Shown here piece after piece: positions 33,501-48,500 of a stretch of 64,000 nucleotides of DNA (position 1 is the stretch's first letter; every line of letters begins with the position of its first letter). Source of the DNA: Chiloscyllium plagiosum. Its lineage: Eukaryota. The DNA is taken from NCBI RefSeq assembly GCF_004010195.1, contig NW_025215226.1, positions 6,938 through 70,937 on the forward strand, written 5' to 3'. A model generated the notes under the pieces. It saw only the letters and a program-made list of their open reading frames with translations, did not search any database and had not been told where the DNA came from. Position numbers and translations under genes: made by a program.

Positions 33501-36500
33501 TGTGAGCATGAGAGAGAGAATATGTGTGTACGAGTGAGAGAATGCATGTGCACATGAGACAGAGAATGCGCGTGTGTGAGATAGAAAATGCGTGTGTACG
33601 AGAGAGAGAATGTGTGTGTCTGTGAGAGAGAGAATGCGTGAATGCGAGAGAGAGAACATGTGTGTGAGAGAGAGAATGCGTGTGTGCATGAGGGAGAGAA
33701 TGCGTGTGTGAGAGAGAGATCATGCGCGAGTGAGAGAGGCAGAATGCGTGTGTACGTGAGAGAGAAAATGCGTGTGTGCATGAGAGAAAGAATGCATGCA
33801 TGCATGAGAGATGGAAAGCGTGTGTGTGTGAGAAAGAATGCATGTGTGCGAGAGAGAGAGAGACAATGCGTGTGTGCGGGAGAGAGAATGATTGTGTGGC
33901 GAGAGAGAGAGAACGCGTGTGCGCGAGAGAAGGAGAATGCATTTGCGAGAGAGAGAGAATGAGTGTGTGCATGAGAGAGTGAATGCGTATGTGCGTGAGA
34001 GAGGCATTGCGTGGGTGAGAGAGAGAGAATGTGTACAAGACAGAGAGAATGTGTGCAAGAGAGAGAGAATGCGAGTGCATGAGAGAGTAAGGGCACGCGC
34101 GTGAGAGAGATAATGTGTATGTGCGTGAGAGAGAGAATACCTGTGAGAGAGAGAGAGAATGCATGTATGCGCGAGAGAGAAAATGCATGTGTGAGAGATA
34201 GAATGCGTGTGTGAGAGCGAGAGAATTCGTGTGTGAGAGAAAGAGAATGAGTGCGTGTGAGAGAGAGAATGCGAGAGTGCGAGAGAGAGAATGTGTGTGT
34301 GCGTGAGAGAGAGAATGCATGTGAGAGGGAGATAGAGAATGCGTGTGAGAGAGACAAAATGCGTGTGTGTGAGAGAGAGAATGTGTATGCCCCTGAGAAA
34401 GAGAAAGCGTGTGTTGCTTAGAGAGAGAGAATGAATGTGGGAGAGACAATGCATGTATGAGAGGGAGAGAAAATGCGTATGTGTGTGAGAGAATGCGTGC
34501 GTGATGGAGAAAGAATGCGTGAGAGAGAGAGAGAATGCATGTGTCACTGAGATAGAGAATGCGTGTGTTGTTGAGAGAGTTAATGAGCGTGTAGTGAGAG
34601 AGACAATGCGTGCATGGGAGAGAGAGAGAATGCGTATGTGCGAGAGAGAAAATGCGTGTGTGTGAGAGAAAGGGAATTAGTGTGTGTGACAGAGAATGCG
34701 TGTGCATGCGAGAGAAAATGCGTGTGTGCGAGAGAGAATGCGTGTAAGCAAGAGAGAGACTTTGAGTGTGTGAATAAGGGAATGTGTGCGTGTGCAAGCG
34801 AGAATTCGTGTGTGCGAAAGAATGATTGCGTGCGTGAGATAATTAGTGTGTGTTTGAGAGAGAGAATGTATGAATGAGAGAGAGAGAATGCGCGTGTGCG
34901 TGAGAGAGAATGCATGTGAGCATGAGAGAGAGACTTTGTGTGTACAAGAGAGAGAATGCATGTGTCCATGAGAGAAAGAATGCGTGAATGCGAGAGAGAG
35001 AACATGTGTGTGAGAGAGAGAATGCGTGTGTTCATGAGAGAGCGAATGTGTGAGTGCGTGTGAGAGAATGCATGTGTGCATGAGAGAGAGAATGCGTGTA
35101 TGCGAGAGAGAGAAAATGCATGTGCACGAGAGAGAGATTGTGTGTGTGATAGAGATAATGTCTGTCTGCGTGAGAGAGAGAATGCGTGTGTGTGAGAGAG
35201 AGAATACGTGTGTGCGTGAGAGAGACAGAATGCGTGTGAGAGAGAGAGATAATACGCGCGTGAGAGAGAGGGAGAATCATGTGTACCTGAGAGTTAGAAT
35301 GCGTGTTTGCGAGAGAGAGAGAGAGAATGCGTATGTGTGTGTGACAGAGAACATGTGTGCGTAAGAGAGAGAATGCGTGAGTGCGAGAGAGAGAATGAGT
35401 GTGTGGCGAAGGAGAGAGAATGCCTGTGAGAGTGAGAGAATGAGTGCATATGTGCGTGAGAGAGAGAATGCGTGTATGCATGAGAGAGACAATGCGTGGG
35501 TGAGAGAGTGAGAATGCGCGTGTGCATGAGAGAGAGAATGCATGTTTGAGAGAGACATCATGCGCGAGTGTGAGAGGCAGAATGCGTGTGCACGTGAGAG
35601 AGAAAATGCATGTGTGCATGAGAGAAAGAACGCATGCGTGCATGAGAGATGGAAAGCATGTGTGTGTGAGAGAGAATGCATGTGTGCGAGAGAGAGAGAC
35701 AATGCGTGTGTGTGAGTGAGAGAATGAGTGTGTGGCGAGTGAGAGAGAATGCGTGTGCGCGAGAGAGAGAATGTGTTTGCGAGAGAGAGAGAATGAGTGT
35801 GTGCATGAGAGAGTGAATGCGTATGTGCGTGAGAGAGGCAATGCGTGGGTGAGAGAGAGAGAATGTGTACAAGACAGAGAGAATGTGTGCAAGAGAGAGA
35901 GAATGCGAGTGCATGAGAGAGTAAGGTCACGGGCGTGAGAGAGATAATGTGTATGTGCGTGAGAGAGAGAATACTTGTGTGAGAGAGAGAACGCATGTGT
36001 GCGAGAGAGAGAGAATGCATGTGTGAGAGATAGAATGCGTGTGTATGAGAGAGAGAATTCGTGTGTGAGAGAAAGAGAATGAGTGCGTGTGAGAGAGAGA
36101 ATGCGTGATTGCGAGAGAGAGAATGTGTGTGTTCGTGAGAGAGAGAATGCATGTGAGAGGGAGATAGACAATGCGTGTGAGAGAGAGAGAATGTGTATGT
36201 CCCTGAGACAGAGAATGCGTGTGTTGCTGAGAGAGAGAGAATGAATGTGGGAGAGACAATGCATGTGTGTGAGAGAGGGAGAATGCGTATGTGTGTGAGA
36301 GAATGCATGCGAGATGGAGAGAGAATGCGTGTGTGAGAGAGAAAATGCATGTGTCCCTGAGACAGAGAATGCGTGTGTTGCTGAGAGAGTTAATGAGCGT
36401 GTAGTGAGAGAGACAATGCGTGCATGAGAGAGAGAGAGAGAATGCGTGTGTGCGAGAAAGAAAATGCGTGTGTGTGAGAGAAAGGGAATGAGTGTGTGTG

Positions 36501-39500
36501 ACAGAGAATGCGTGTGCATGCGAGAGAAAATGCGTGTGTGCGAGAGAGAATACGTGTATGCAAGAGAGAGAGAACGAGTGTGTGAATAAGGGAATGTGTG
36601 CGTGTGCAAGAGAGAATTCGTGTGTGCGAGAGAATGATTGCGTGCGTGAGAGAATTAGTGTGTGCGTGAGAGAGAGAATGCATGATTGAGAGAGAGAGAG
36701 AACATGTGTTTGCGTGAGAGAGAATGCATGTGAGCATGAGAGAGAGAATATGTGTGTACGAGAGACAACGCGTGTGCGCATGAGACAGAGAATGCGTGTG
36801 TGCGAGATAGAAAATGCGTGTGTACGAGAGAGAGAAAGCGTGTGTCTGTGAGAGAGGGAGAATGCATGAAGGCGAGAGAGAGAACATGTGCATGAGAGAG
36901 AGAATGCGTGTGTGCAAGAGAGAGAGAATGCATGTGTGAGAGAGATAATGCCTGTGTGCACGAGAGAGAAAATGCATGTGCACGAGAGAGAGAGTGTGTG
37001 TGTGTGTGTGAGACAGAGAATACGTGTGTGTGTGAGAGAGAGAATGAGTTATGGGAGAGATAATGTGTGTGTGCAGGAGAGAATGCGTGTATGCGAGACA
37101 GAGAGAATGTGTGTTTGCGTGAGAGAGTGAATGATTTTGTGTGTGAGAGAGAAAGCATGCGTGAGAGAGGTAATGTCTGCGAGAGAGAGAATGTGTGAGT
37201 GCGAGAGAGAGAGAGAATGCATGTGGGCGAGAGGGAGAGAATGCGTGTGTGAGAGAGAGATTGCATGTGTGCATGATAGAGAGAATGGGTGTGTGAGAAA
37301 GAGAGAATGCGTGTGAGCGAGAGAGAGAATGCATGTTCATGAGAGAGATAATGTCTGTGTGCGAGAGAGAGAATGCATGTGAGAGAGGGAGAATGCGTGC
37401 ATGCGTGAGAGAGAGAGAATGCGTGGGAGAGAGACAGAATGTGTGAGTGCGAGAGAGAGAATATATGTGCGTGTGAGAGATTGAGAAAGTTTGTGTGAGG
37501 GAGAATGCGTCTGTGCGAGAGAGAGAATGCGTGTGTGCATGAGAGAGAGAATGAGTGTGTACGTGAGAGAGAATGCATGTGTCTGAGAGAAAGAATGTGT
37601 GTGTGTGAGAGAGACAGAATGTGCGTGAGATAGAGATAATACGCGCGTGAGAGAGAGGGAGAATGCATGTGTTTGCGAGAGAGAGAGAATGTGTATGTGT
37701 GTGAGAGAGAGAAGGTGTGCGTAAGAGAGAGAATGCGTGAGGGCGAGAGAGAGAATGAGTGTGTGGCGAGGGAGAGAATGCGTGAAAGAGGGAGATAGAA
37801 TGCATGTGTGAGAGATAGAAGGCATTTGTATCTAAGACAGAGAATTCGTTGCTGCAGAGAGAGTTAATGAGCGTGTATAGAGAGAGACAATGCGTGCATG
37901 AGAGAGAGAGAATGCATGTGAGAGAGAGAGAATGTGTATGTGCGAGAGAAAGAGAATGAGTGTGTGTGTGAGAAAATGCGTATGTGCGAGAGAATGCATG
38001 AATGCGTGAGTTTGAGAGAGAGAGAATGCGTGTATGCTAGAGAGAGAAAATGAGAGTGTGCATGAGAGAATACGTGTGTGAGCGAGAGAATGATTGTGCG
38101 TGAGAGAACTAGTGTGTGCATGAGAGAGAGAATGAATGATTGAGAGTGAGAATGCATGTGTGCGGGAGAGGGAGAATGCGTGTGTGAGAGAGACAGAATG
38201 CCTGTGTGCAAAAGACAGAGAGCGTGCATGAGATAGTGTGCGTGTGCGTGTAAGAAAGTGAGTGTGTGTGTAAGAGAAAGCGAGTGCATGTGTGTGAGAG
38301 TGTCTGCGTGCAGGAAAGTATGAGTGTGTGTGTAAGAGAAAGAGAGTGCATGTGTGCGAGAGTGTTTTGGGGGTGCAAGAAAGACTGAGTGTGTGTGTGT
38401 AAGAAAAAGAGAATGCGTGCGTGCAAGAGAGAGAGAATGCGTTTGTTCGCGAGAGAGAGAATGAGTGTGTGCATGAGAGAGAGAATGTGTGTGTGCATGA
38501 GAGAGAGAATGCATGTGTGCAGGAGAGAGAATGCGTGAATGAGAGAGAGAACAAGTATGTGCGTGAGAGAGAGAATAAGTGAGTGCGTGAGAGAGAGAAT
38601 GCATGTGTGCCGGAGCGAGAATGCGTGCATGAGAGAGAGAGAATGCGTGTGTGCGTGAGAGAGAGAATAAGTGTGAGCGCGAGAGAGAGAGAATACATGT
38701 GTGTAAGGGAGAGAATTCGTGTGAGCGTGAATGAGAGAATGTGTTTGTGTGAGAGTGAATGTGTGTGTGCAAGATCGAGAATGTGTGTGTGTGCGTGAGA
38801 AAGGGAATGTGTGTCTGAGAGAGATAATGCGTGTGTGCATGAGAGAGAAAATGCGTGTGCGTGAGAGAGAGAATGCGTGTGTGAGACAGACAATGTGTGT
38901 GTGCATGACAGAGAGAATGCATGTGTGCATGAGAGAGAGAATGCGTGAGCGCATGAGAGAGATAATGAGTTTGCGTGAGAGAGAATACATGAGTGCGAGA
39001 GAGAAAATGTGTGCACGAGAGAGAGAATGCATGTGTGCGTGAGAGAGAGAATGCGAGAATGCGAGAGAGAAAACGTGTGTGAGAGAGAGAGAATGTGTGT
39101 GTGCGAGAGAGAGTGAATGCGTGTGCGTGAGAGAGAGAATGAGTGTACGAGAGAGAGATAATGCGTCTGTGAGAGAGATAATGCATGTGCGCATGAGAGA
39201 GAGAATGCATGTGCACGAGAGAGAGAATGCATGTCTGAGAGAGATAATGTGTGTGTGCATGAGACAGAGAATGCGTGTGTGTATGAGAGAGAGAATGCAT
39301 GCGAGCGTGAGAGAGAGAATGTGTGTGTGTGAGAGAGTGATAATGAGGGTGTGTGAGGGAGAGAATGCGTGAGTGCGAGAGAGAACATGTGTGTGCAAGA
39401 CAGAGCATGCGTGTGTGTGAGAGAGAATGCATGAATGCAAGAGACAGAACGTGTGTGAGAGAGGAGAATATGTGTGAGCATGAGAGAGCGAATGCGTGTG

Positions 39501-42500
39501 TGCATGAGAGAGAGAATGCATGTGCGAGAGAGATAATGTGTGTGTACATGAGAGAGAATGCGTGTGTGTGAGAGAGAGAATGCGTGTGTGAGAGAGATAA
39601 TGTGTGTGTGCATGAGAGAGAGAATGCGTGTGCGTGAGAGATATAATGAGTGTGTGCGAGAGAGAGAATACGTGAGTGCGGAAGAGAAAATGTGTGTGCT
39701 TGAGAGAGGCAATATGGGTGCGCGAGAGAGAGAGAATGCGTGAATGCAAGAGAGAGAACGTGTATTAGAGGGAGAGAATGCGTGTGAGCGTTAGAGAGAA
39801 TGCGTGTGAGCGTGAGAGAGAATGTGTGTGTGCATAGAGACACAATGAGTTTGTGCGAAAGAGAGAGAATACGTGTGTGAGAGAGATAATGCGTGTGTGA
39901 ATTAGAGAGAGAATGTGTGTGCATGAGAGACAGAAAATGCATGTATGAGAGAGATAATGTGTGTGTTCATGAGAGGTAGAATGCGTGTGTGAGAGAGATA
40001 ATGTATGCGTGCATGAGAGGGAGAATGTGTGTGTGCATGAGAGGGAGAATGTGTGTGTGCATGAGAGAGAGAATGCGTGTGAGCATGAGAGAGAATGTGT
40101 GTGCATGAGAGATATAATGAGTGTACGTGAGAGGGAGAATACGTGAGTGCAAGAGAGAAAATGAGTGTGTGAGAGAGACAATTCGTGTGTGTGTGAGAGA
40201 GAATGTGTGAATGCGAGAGAGAGAACGTGTGTGAAAGAGAGAGTGCGTGTGTGCGTGCGAGAGAGTATCTGAGTGCGAGTGAGAGAATGCATGTTTACAT
40301 GAGAGAGAGAATGCGTGTGCGCGCGAGAGAGAATGCGTGTGTGCATGATACAGAGAATGTGTGTGTGCGTGAGAGAGAAAATGAGTGTGAGTGAGAGAGA
40401 TAATGCACGTGTGCGTGAGCGAGAGAGAATAAGAGTGTGTTTGAGAGAGTGAATGTGTGTGTGCGAGAGACAGAGAATGCGTGAGTGTGTGAGAGAGAGA
40501 GAGTGCGTGTGTGCGTGAGACAGTGAATGAGTTTTCTGTGTGAGAGAGAATGCGTTTTAGAGAGAGAATGTATGAGTGTGTGAGAGAGAGAATGCATGTA
40601 TACATGAGGGATAAAATGCGTGCATGTGAGAGAATGCGTGTGGGTGAGAGAGAGAGAATGCATGCGTGAGAAAGAGTCAATGCATGTGTGCGAAAGAGAT
40701 AATGCGTGTGAGAGAGGGAAAGGGTGTGAGTGAGAGAGAGAGAATGTGTGTGTGAGAGAGAAAAAGCGTGTGAGAGTGAGAATGCGTGTGTGGGAGAGAG
40801 ACAATGCATGTGTGCGTGAGAGAGAGAATGGGTATGTACATGAGAGAGAATGCACGTGTGTGAGAGAGAGAATGCGTATGTGCGTGAGAGAGAGAATGTT
40901 TGAGTGCAGGAGAGAGTGCGTACATGAGAGAGAGAGAGAATAAGTGTGTGCGTGAGAGAACGAATGCGTGTGTGCGTGAGAGAGGGAATGTGTGTGTCAG
41001 AGAGAGAATGGGCTCGCGTGTGCGAGAGGGAGAGAATGCAGCAGACACAGAAAGCATGTGAGAGAGAGATAATGTATGTGAGAGAGAATGCGTGTGTGGA
41101 TGAGAGAGAGAATGTGTGTGCATGAGGGAAAGAATGCGTGTGTGCGTGGGAGAGGGAATGCGTGTATCAGAGAGAGAATGGGTGTGCGTGTGCGAGCGAG
41201 AGAGAATACGTGAGACACAGAGTGCGTGTGAGAGAGAGAGAGACTGTGTGTGTGAGAGAGAAGGCGTTTGTGCTTGAGAGAGAGAATGAGTGGTTGCTGA
41301 GAGAGAGAATGCATGAGAATGAGAGAGAATGCGTGTGTGAGAGCGAGACTGTGCGTGTGCATGAGAGAGAATGTGAGTGTGAGAGATAATGCGTGTGTGA
41401 GCGAGCGAAAATGCGTGTGTGCATGAGAGAGAGAATGCGTGTGTGCGTGAGGGAGAGAATGCGTGTGAGCATGATAGAGAGAATGCAAGTGTGTGCGTGA
41501 GAGAATCAATGTGTGCAAGATCGAGAATGTGTGTGTGAGTGAGAGAGGGAATGCGTGTGTGCGGGAGACAGAATGTGTGCATGAGAGAGAGAGAATAATT
41601 GTGTGCGTGAGAGAAGAAATGCGTGTGTGCGTGAGAGAGGGAATGTGTGCGTAAGAGAGAGAATGGGTGCATATGTGCGAGAGAGATTAAATGCGTGAGA
41701 CGCAGAGTGAGTGTGAGAGAGGGAGAGAATGCGTGTGTGTGTGTGAGAGAGAATGAGTGGGTGCTTGAGAGAGAGAATGCGTGAGAATGAGGGAGAATGC
41801 GTGTGTGAGAGAGAGACTGTGCGTGTGTGAGAGAGAGAGAATGTGTGTGTGCATGAGAGGGAGAATGCCTGTGTGCGAGAGACAGAGAATGCATGTGCGT
41901 GAGGGCCAGAATGCGTGTGTGCATGAGAGAGGGAATGCATGTGTGCGTGAGAGAGAGAATGCATGTGTGCATGAGAGAGAGAATGTGAGTGTGCGGGAGA
42001 GAGAATGTGTGCATGAGAGAGGGAGTAAGTGTGTGCGTGAGAGAACGAATGCGTGTGTGCGTGAGAGAGGGAATGTGTGTTTCAGAGAGAGAGAATGGGT
42101 GCGCGTTTGTGAGAGAGAGAGAGAATGTGTGAGAGAGAGAATGCCTTTGTGCGTGAGAGAGAGAATGAGTGGTTCCTGGGAGAGAATGCATGAGAATGAG
42201 AGAGTATGCGTTTGTGAGAGAGAGACTGTGCTTATGCATGCGAGAGAGAATGTGTGTGTGAGAGAGATAATGCGTGTGTGAGTGAGAGAGAATGCGTGTG
42301 TGCATGAGAGAGAGAACGTGTGCGTGAGGGAGGGAATGTATGTGAGCGTGAGAGAGAAAATGCATGTGTGCGGATGAGAGAATCAATGTGTGCGAGATCG
42401 ACAATGTGTCTGTGCGTGAGAGAGAGAATGCATGTGTACATGAGGGAGAGAATGTGTTTGTGCGTGCGAGAGAGAATGAGTGTTTGCGTGAGAGGGGAAA

Positions 42501-45500
42501 TGTATGTGTAAGAGAGAATGGGTGTGCATGTGCGAGAGAGAGAACATGCATGAGACACAGAGTGAGTGTGAGAGAGAGAATGCTTGAGAGATGGAGAGAA
42601 TGCATGTGTGCGTGAGAGAGAGAATGAGTGGGTGCTTCAGAGAGAAAAAAGCGTGAGAATGCGAGAGAATGCGTGTGTGAGAGAGAGACTGCGCATGTGT
42701 GAGTGAGAGAGATTGTGTGTGTGCATGAGAGAGAGAATGCGAGTGTGCAAGAGAGAGAGAATGCGTGTGTGCCTGAGGGAGAGAATGCGTGTGTGCATGA
42801 GAGAGAGAATGAGTGGGTGTTTGAGAGAGATAATGCGTGAGAATGAGAGAGAATGTGTTTGTGAGATGGAGACTGTGCGTTTGTGAGAGAGAGAGAATGC
42901 GTGTGTACATGAGAGGTCGAATGTGTGTGTGCGGGAGAGAGAATGCATGCATGAGAGAGAGAGAATAAGTGTGTGCGTGAGAGAAGGAATGTGTGTGTGA
43001 GTGAGAGAGGGAATGTGTGTGTAAGAGAGAGAATGGGTGCGCATGTGCGAGAGAGAGAAAATGCGTGAGACACAGAGTGAGTGTGAGAGAGAGAATGCTT
43101 GAGAGAGGGAGAGAATGCGTGTGTGTGAGGGAGAGAATGAGTGGGTGTTTGAGAGAGCGAATGCGTGAGAATGAGAGAGAATGCGAATGTGAGATGGAGA
43201 CTGTGCGTTTGTGAGTGAGAGAGAATGCGTGTGTGCATGAGAGAGAATATGCGTGTGTGCGAGAGAGAGAGAATGTGTGTGCGCGTGAGGGAGAGAATCG
43301 GTGTGTGCATGAGAGAGAGAATGAATGTGTGCATGAGAGAGAGACTGTGTGCGTACAGGAGAGAGAATGTGTGCATGAGAGAGAGAGAATAAGTGAGTGC
43401 ATGAGAGAAGGAATGCCTGTGTGCATGAGAGAGGGAATGTGTGTGTTCGAGAGAGAATGGGTACGCATGTGCGAGAGAGAGAGAATATGTGAGAGTCAGA
43501 ATACGTGTGATAGAGAGAGACCATGTGTGTGAGAGAGACAACGTGTGTGTGCGTGAGAGAGAGAATGCGTGTGAGCATGAGAGAGAGAATGTGTAAATGC
43601 GAGAGAGTGCACATGTGTGAGAGAGAGACTGCGTATGTTCATCAGAGAGAGAATATGTGAGTGCGACTGAGAGAATGCATGTGTGCGTGAGAGAGAGAAT
43701 GCGTGTGCGCGAGAGCGAGAGAATGAATGTGTGAGAGAGATAATGCCTGTGTGCACGAGTGGGAGAATGCGTGTGCGTGAGAGAGAGAGAGAGAATGCAT
43801 GTGTGTGTGTGAGAGTGAATGAGTTTGTGTGAGGGAGAGAATGCGTGAGTGGGAGAGACAGAGAATGCATGTGTAAATGAGAGAGAGAATGTGTGCATGC
43901 GTGAGAGAGGGAATGCGTGTGAGAGAGAGAATACGTGTACGCGAGGGAGAGAGAATGCGTGTGAGAGAGAGTGAGAATGTGTGTGTGAGAGAGTGAATTC
44001 ATGTGTGCGAGAGAGAGAATGCGTGTGAGAGAGGGAGAGTGCATGCATGCGTGTGAGAGAGATAATCTGTGAGTGCAAGAGAGGGAGAGATTGCGTGTGT
44101 GTGAGAGAGAAAAAGTGTGTGAGAGAGAGGATGCATGTGTGCGAGAGAGGCAATGCATGTGCGCGTGAGAGAGTGAATGCGTGCGAGAGAGAATTCGTGT
44201 GTGCATGGGAGAGAATGCGTTTGTGCAAGAGAGAGAATGCATGTGTGCGGAAGAGAGAGAATGTGTGTGCGTAAGAGAGACAATGCGTGAGTGTGTGAGA
44301 GAGAATGCGTGTGCACATGAGAGAGAATGCATGTGTGCATGAGACAGAATAAGCGTATGTGAGAGAGAGAATGCGTGTTTGCATGAGAGAGAGCATGAGT
44401 GTGTGCATGAGAGAGAGGATGCCTGTGTGCGGGCGAGAGAATGCGTGCATGAGAGAGAGCGAGAGAATAATCGTGTGTGGGAGAAAGAATGTGTGTTAGG
44501 GAGAGAATGGGTGCTTATGCGCGCGCACGAGAGAGAGAATGCGTGGGGAAAAGAATGCGTGAGAGAGAGAGATGAGTGGGTGCTTGAGAGAGAATGCATG
44601 AGAATGAGGGAGAATGTGTGTGCGAGAGAAATAGTGCGTGACTGTGTGAGAGAGAATGCGTGTGAGAGAGAAATAATGCGTGTGTAAGTGAGAGAGAATG
44701 CGTGTGTCCATGAGAGGGGGAATGTGTGTGTGCGTGAGAGACATAATGAGTGTGCGTGAGAGAGAGAATATGTGAGTGCGAGAGAGAAAATGTGTGTGCA
44801 AGAGAGAGAATGCTTGTGCGTGAGAGAAAACGCGTGATTGCGACAGAGAGAGAACATGTGTGAGAGTGAGAGAATGCATATGTTCATGAGAGAGAGAATA
44901 TGTGAGTGCGAGTGAGAGAATGCATGTGAGCATGAGAGAGATAATGCGTGTGTGTGAGAGAGAGAATACGTGTGTGCGTGAGAGAGAGAATGAGTGTATG
45001 GGAGAGATAATGTATGTGTGCAGGAGAAAGAAAATGCGTGTGTGGTTGAGAGAGAGAATGCGTGTGAGAGAGATTGCGTGTGTGTGTGAGAGAGAGAATG
45101 GTTGTGTGAGAGAGAGGGAATACATGTGAAAGCGAGAGAGAATGTGCGTGAAAGAGAGAATGCGTGTGTGAGAGAGAGAATGCTTGTGTGAGAGAGAGAA
45201 TGCTTGTGTGTGAGAGTGAATGCGTGTGAGAGCAGGAAAATGCATATGTGCGTGAGAGAGAGAAAGTGTGTGACAGAGAGAATGCGTGTTTGTGAGAGTG
45301 AATGCATGTGTGTGAGAGAGAAATTGCGTGTGTGCGTGAAAGAGAATGAAAGTGTCCGAGAGAGAGAATGTTTGTCTCCCTAAGAGAGTGAGTGCGTGTG
45401 TGCGTGAAAGAGAGAATGAGTGTATGGGAGAGATAATGTGTGTGTGCAGGAGAGAGAATGCGTGTTTGCATGAGAGAGTGAATGCATGTGAGAGAGAGAA

Positions 45501-48500
45501 TGCGTGTGTGCGTGAGAGTGAGAATGACTGTATGGGAGAGATAATGTGTGTGTGCAGGAGAGAGAATGCGTGTGTGCGAGAGAGAGAGAATGTATGTTTG
45601 CGTGAGAGAGTGAATGAGTTCGTGTGAGAGAGAGAAAGCATGCGTGAGAGAGGTAATGTGTGCGAGAGAGAATACGTGTCTGCGTGAGAGATAGAATGCG
45701 TGTGTGTAAGAGAGAGAATTTGTGTGTGAGAGAAAGAGAATGAGTGCACGTAAGAGAGAGAATGCGCGTGTGTGTGTGAGAGAGAAGGCGTGTGAGTGGG
45801 AGAGAGAATGTGTGTGAGAGAGAGAATGCATGAGTGCGTGAGGGAGAGAATGAATGAGAGCGTGAGGTAGAGAATGCATGTGTGCGGGAGAGAGAATGCA
45901 TGTGTGCGAGATCGAGAATGTGTGTGCGTGAGAGAAGGAATGAGTGTGCGCACAAGAGAGAAATGTGTTTGCATGAGAGAGAAAATGCATGTGAGAGAGA
46001 GAATGCGTGTGTGCATGAGAGAGAGAATGCATGTGTGAGAGAGAGATCATGCGCGAGTGAGAGAGGCAGAATGCGTGTGTACGTGAGAGAGAAAATGCGT
46101 GTGTGCATGAGAGAAAGAACGGATGCGTGCATGAGAGATGGAAAGCATGTGTGTGAGAGAGAGAATGCATGTGTGCGAGAGAGAGAGACAATGCGTGTGT
46201 GTGTGAGAGAGAATGAGTGTGTGGCGAGAGAGAGAGAACGCGTGTGCGCGAGAGAGAGAATGCGTTTGCGAGAGAGAGAGAATGAGCGTGTGCATGAGAG
46301 AGTGAATGCTTTTGTGCGTGAGAGAGGCAATGCGTGGGTGAGAGAGAGATAATGTGTTCAAGACAGAGAGAATGTGTGCAAGAGAGAGAGAATGCGAGTG
46401 CATGAGAGAGTAAGGGCACGCGCATGAGAGAGATAATGTGAGAGAGAATACTTGTGAGAGAGAGAGAATGCATGTGTGCGAGAGAGAGAGAATGCATGTG
46501 GAGAGATAGAATGCGCGTGTGAGAGAGAGAATGTGTGTGTGCGTGAGAGAGAGAATGCATGTGAGAGGGAGATAGAGAATGCGTGTGAGAGAGAGAGAAT
46601 GCGTGTGTGTGAGAGAGAGAATATGTATGTCCCTGAGACAGAGAATGTGTGTGTTGCTTAGAGAGAGAGAATGAATGTGGGAGAGACAATGCGTGTGAGA
46701 GAGAGAGAGAGAGAATGCGTATGTGTGTGAGAGAATGCGTGTGAGATGGAGAGACAATGCGTGTGAGAGAGAGAGAATGCATGTGTCCCTGAGACAGAGA
46801 GTGCGTGTGTTGCTGAGAGAGGTAATGAGTGTAATGAGAGAGACAAGGCGTGCATGAGAGAGAGAGAGAATGCATGTGTGCGAGAGAGAGAATGCGTGTG
46901 TGCAAGATAAAGAGAATGAGTGTGTGTGACAGAGAATGGGTCTCTGTGTGAGAGAGAATGCGTGAGAGAGGGAGATAGAATGCATGCGAGAGAGAGAGAA
47001 AGCATTTGTCTCTGAGACAGAGAATTTGTGTGTTGCAGGGAGAGTTAATGAGCGTGTATAGAGAGAGACAATGCGTGCATGAGAGAGAGAGAATGCATGT
47101 GTGCGAGAGAGAGAATGTGTGTGTGTGAGAGAAAGAGAATGAGTGTGTGTGAGAGAGAAAATGCGTGTATGCGAGAGAGAATGCATGTGTGCGTGACAGA
47201 GAATGCGTGAGTGTGAGAGAGAGAGAGAATGCGTGGATGCGAGAGAGAGAAAATGAGTGTGTGCATGAGAGAATACGTGTGTGAGCGAGAGAATGATTGC
47301 GTGCGTGAGAGAACTAATGTGTGCGTTAGAGAGAGAATGAATGATTGAGAGTGCGAATGCATGTGTGCGGGAGAGAGAGAATGCGTGTGTGTGAGACAGA
47401 ATGCCTGTGTGCAAAAGACTGAGAGCGTGCATGAGATAGTGTGCGTGCATGAGAGAGAGAAAAGAGTGTGTGCGTGTAAGAAAGTGAGTGTGTGCAAGAG
47501 AAAGCGAGTGCATGTGTGTGAGAGTGTGTGCGTGCAGGAAAGTGTGAGTGTGTGTGTAAAAGAAAGAGAGAGCATGTGTGCGAAAGTGTGTGGGGGTGCA
47601 AGAAAGACTGAGTGTGTGTGTGTAAGAAAAAGACAATGCGAGCGTGCAAGAGAGAGAGAATGTATTTGTGCGTGAGAGAGAGAATGAGTGTGTGCATGAG
47701 AGAGAGAATGTGTGTGTGCATGAGAGAGAGAATGCATGTGTGCAGGAGAGAGAATGTGTGAATGAGAGAGAGAACAAGTATGTGCGTGAGAGAGAGTATA
47801 AATGAGTGCGTGAGAGAGAGAATGCATGTGTGCGGGAGCGCGAATGCGTGCATGAGAGAGAGAGAATGCGTGTGTGCGTGGGAGAGAGAATAAGTGTGAG
47901 CGAGAGAGAGCGAGAATACGTGTGTGCAAGGGAATGAGAGAATGTGTGTGTGTGAGAGTGAATGTGTGTGTGCAAGATCAAGAATGTGTGTGTGTGCGTG
48001 AGAAAGGGAATGCGTGTCTGAGAGAGATAATGCGTGTGTGTATGAGAGAGAAAATGCATGTGCGTGAGAGAGAAAGCGTGTGTGAGACAGACAATGTGTG
48101 TGTGCATGACAGACAGAATGCATGAGTGCATGAGAGAGAATGCGTGAGCGCGTGAGAGAGATAATGAGTTTGCGTGAGAGAGAGAATACAAGACTGCGAG
48201 AGAGAAAATGTGTGCACGAGAGAGAGAATGCATGTGCGTGTGTGAGAGAGAATGCGTGAATGCGAGAGAGAGAACGTGTGTGAGAGAGAGAGAATGTGTG
48301 TGTGTGCGAGAGAGAGTGAATGCGTGTGCGCATGAGAAGAAGAATACGTGTGAGCGTGAGAGAGAGAATGCGTGTGCGTGAGAGAATGCATGTGAGCAAG
48401 AGAGAGAATGCGTGTGTGCATGCGAGAGAATGAGTGTGCAAGAGAGAATGCGTGTGTGAGAGAGATAATGCGTGTGTGCATGAGAGAGAGAATGCATGTG

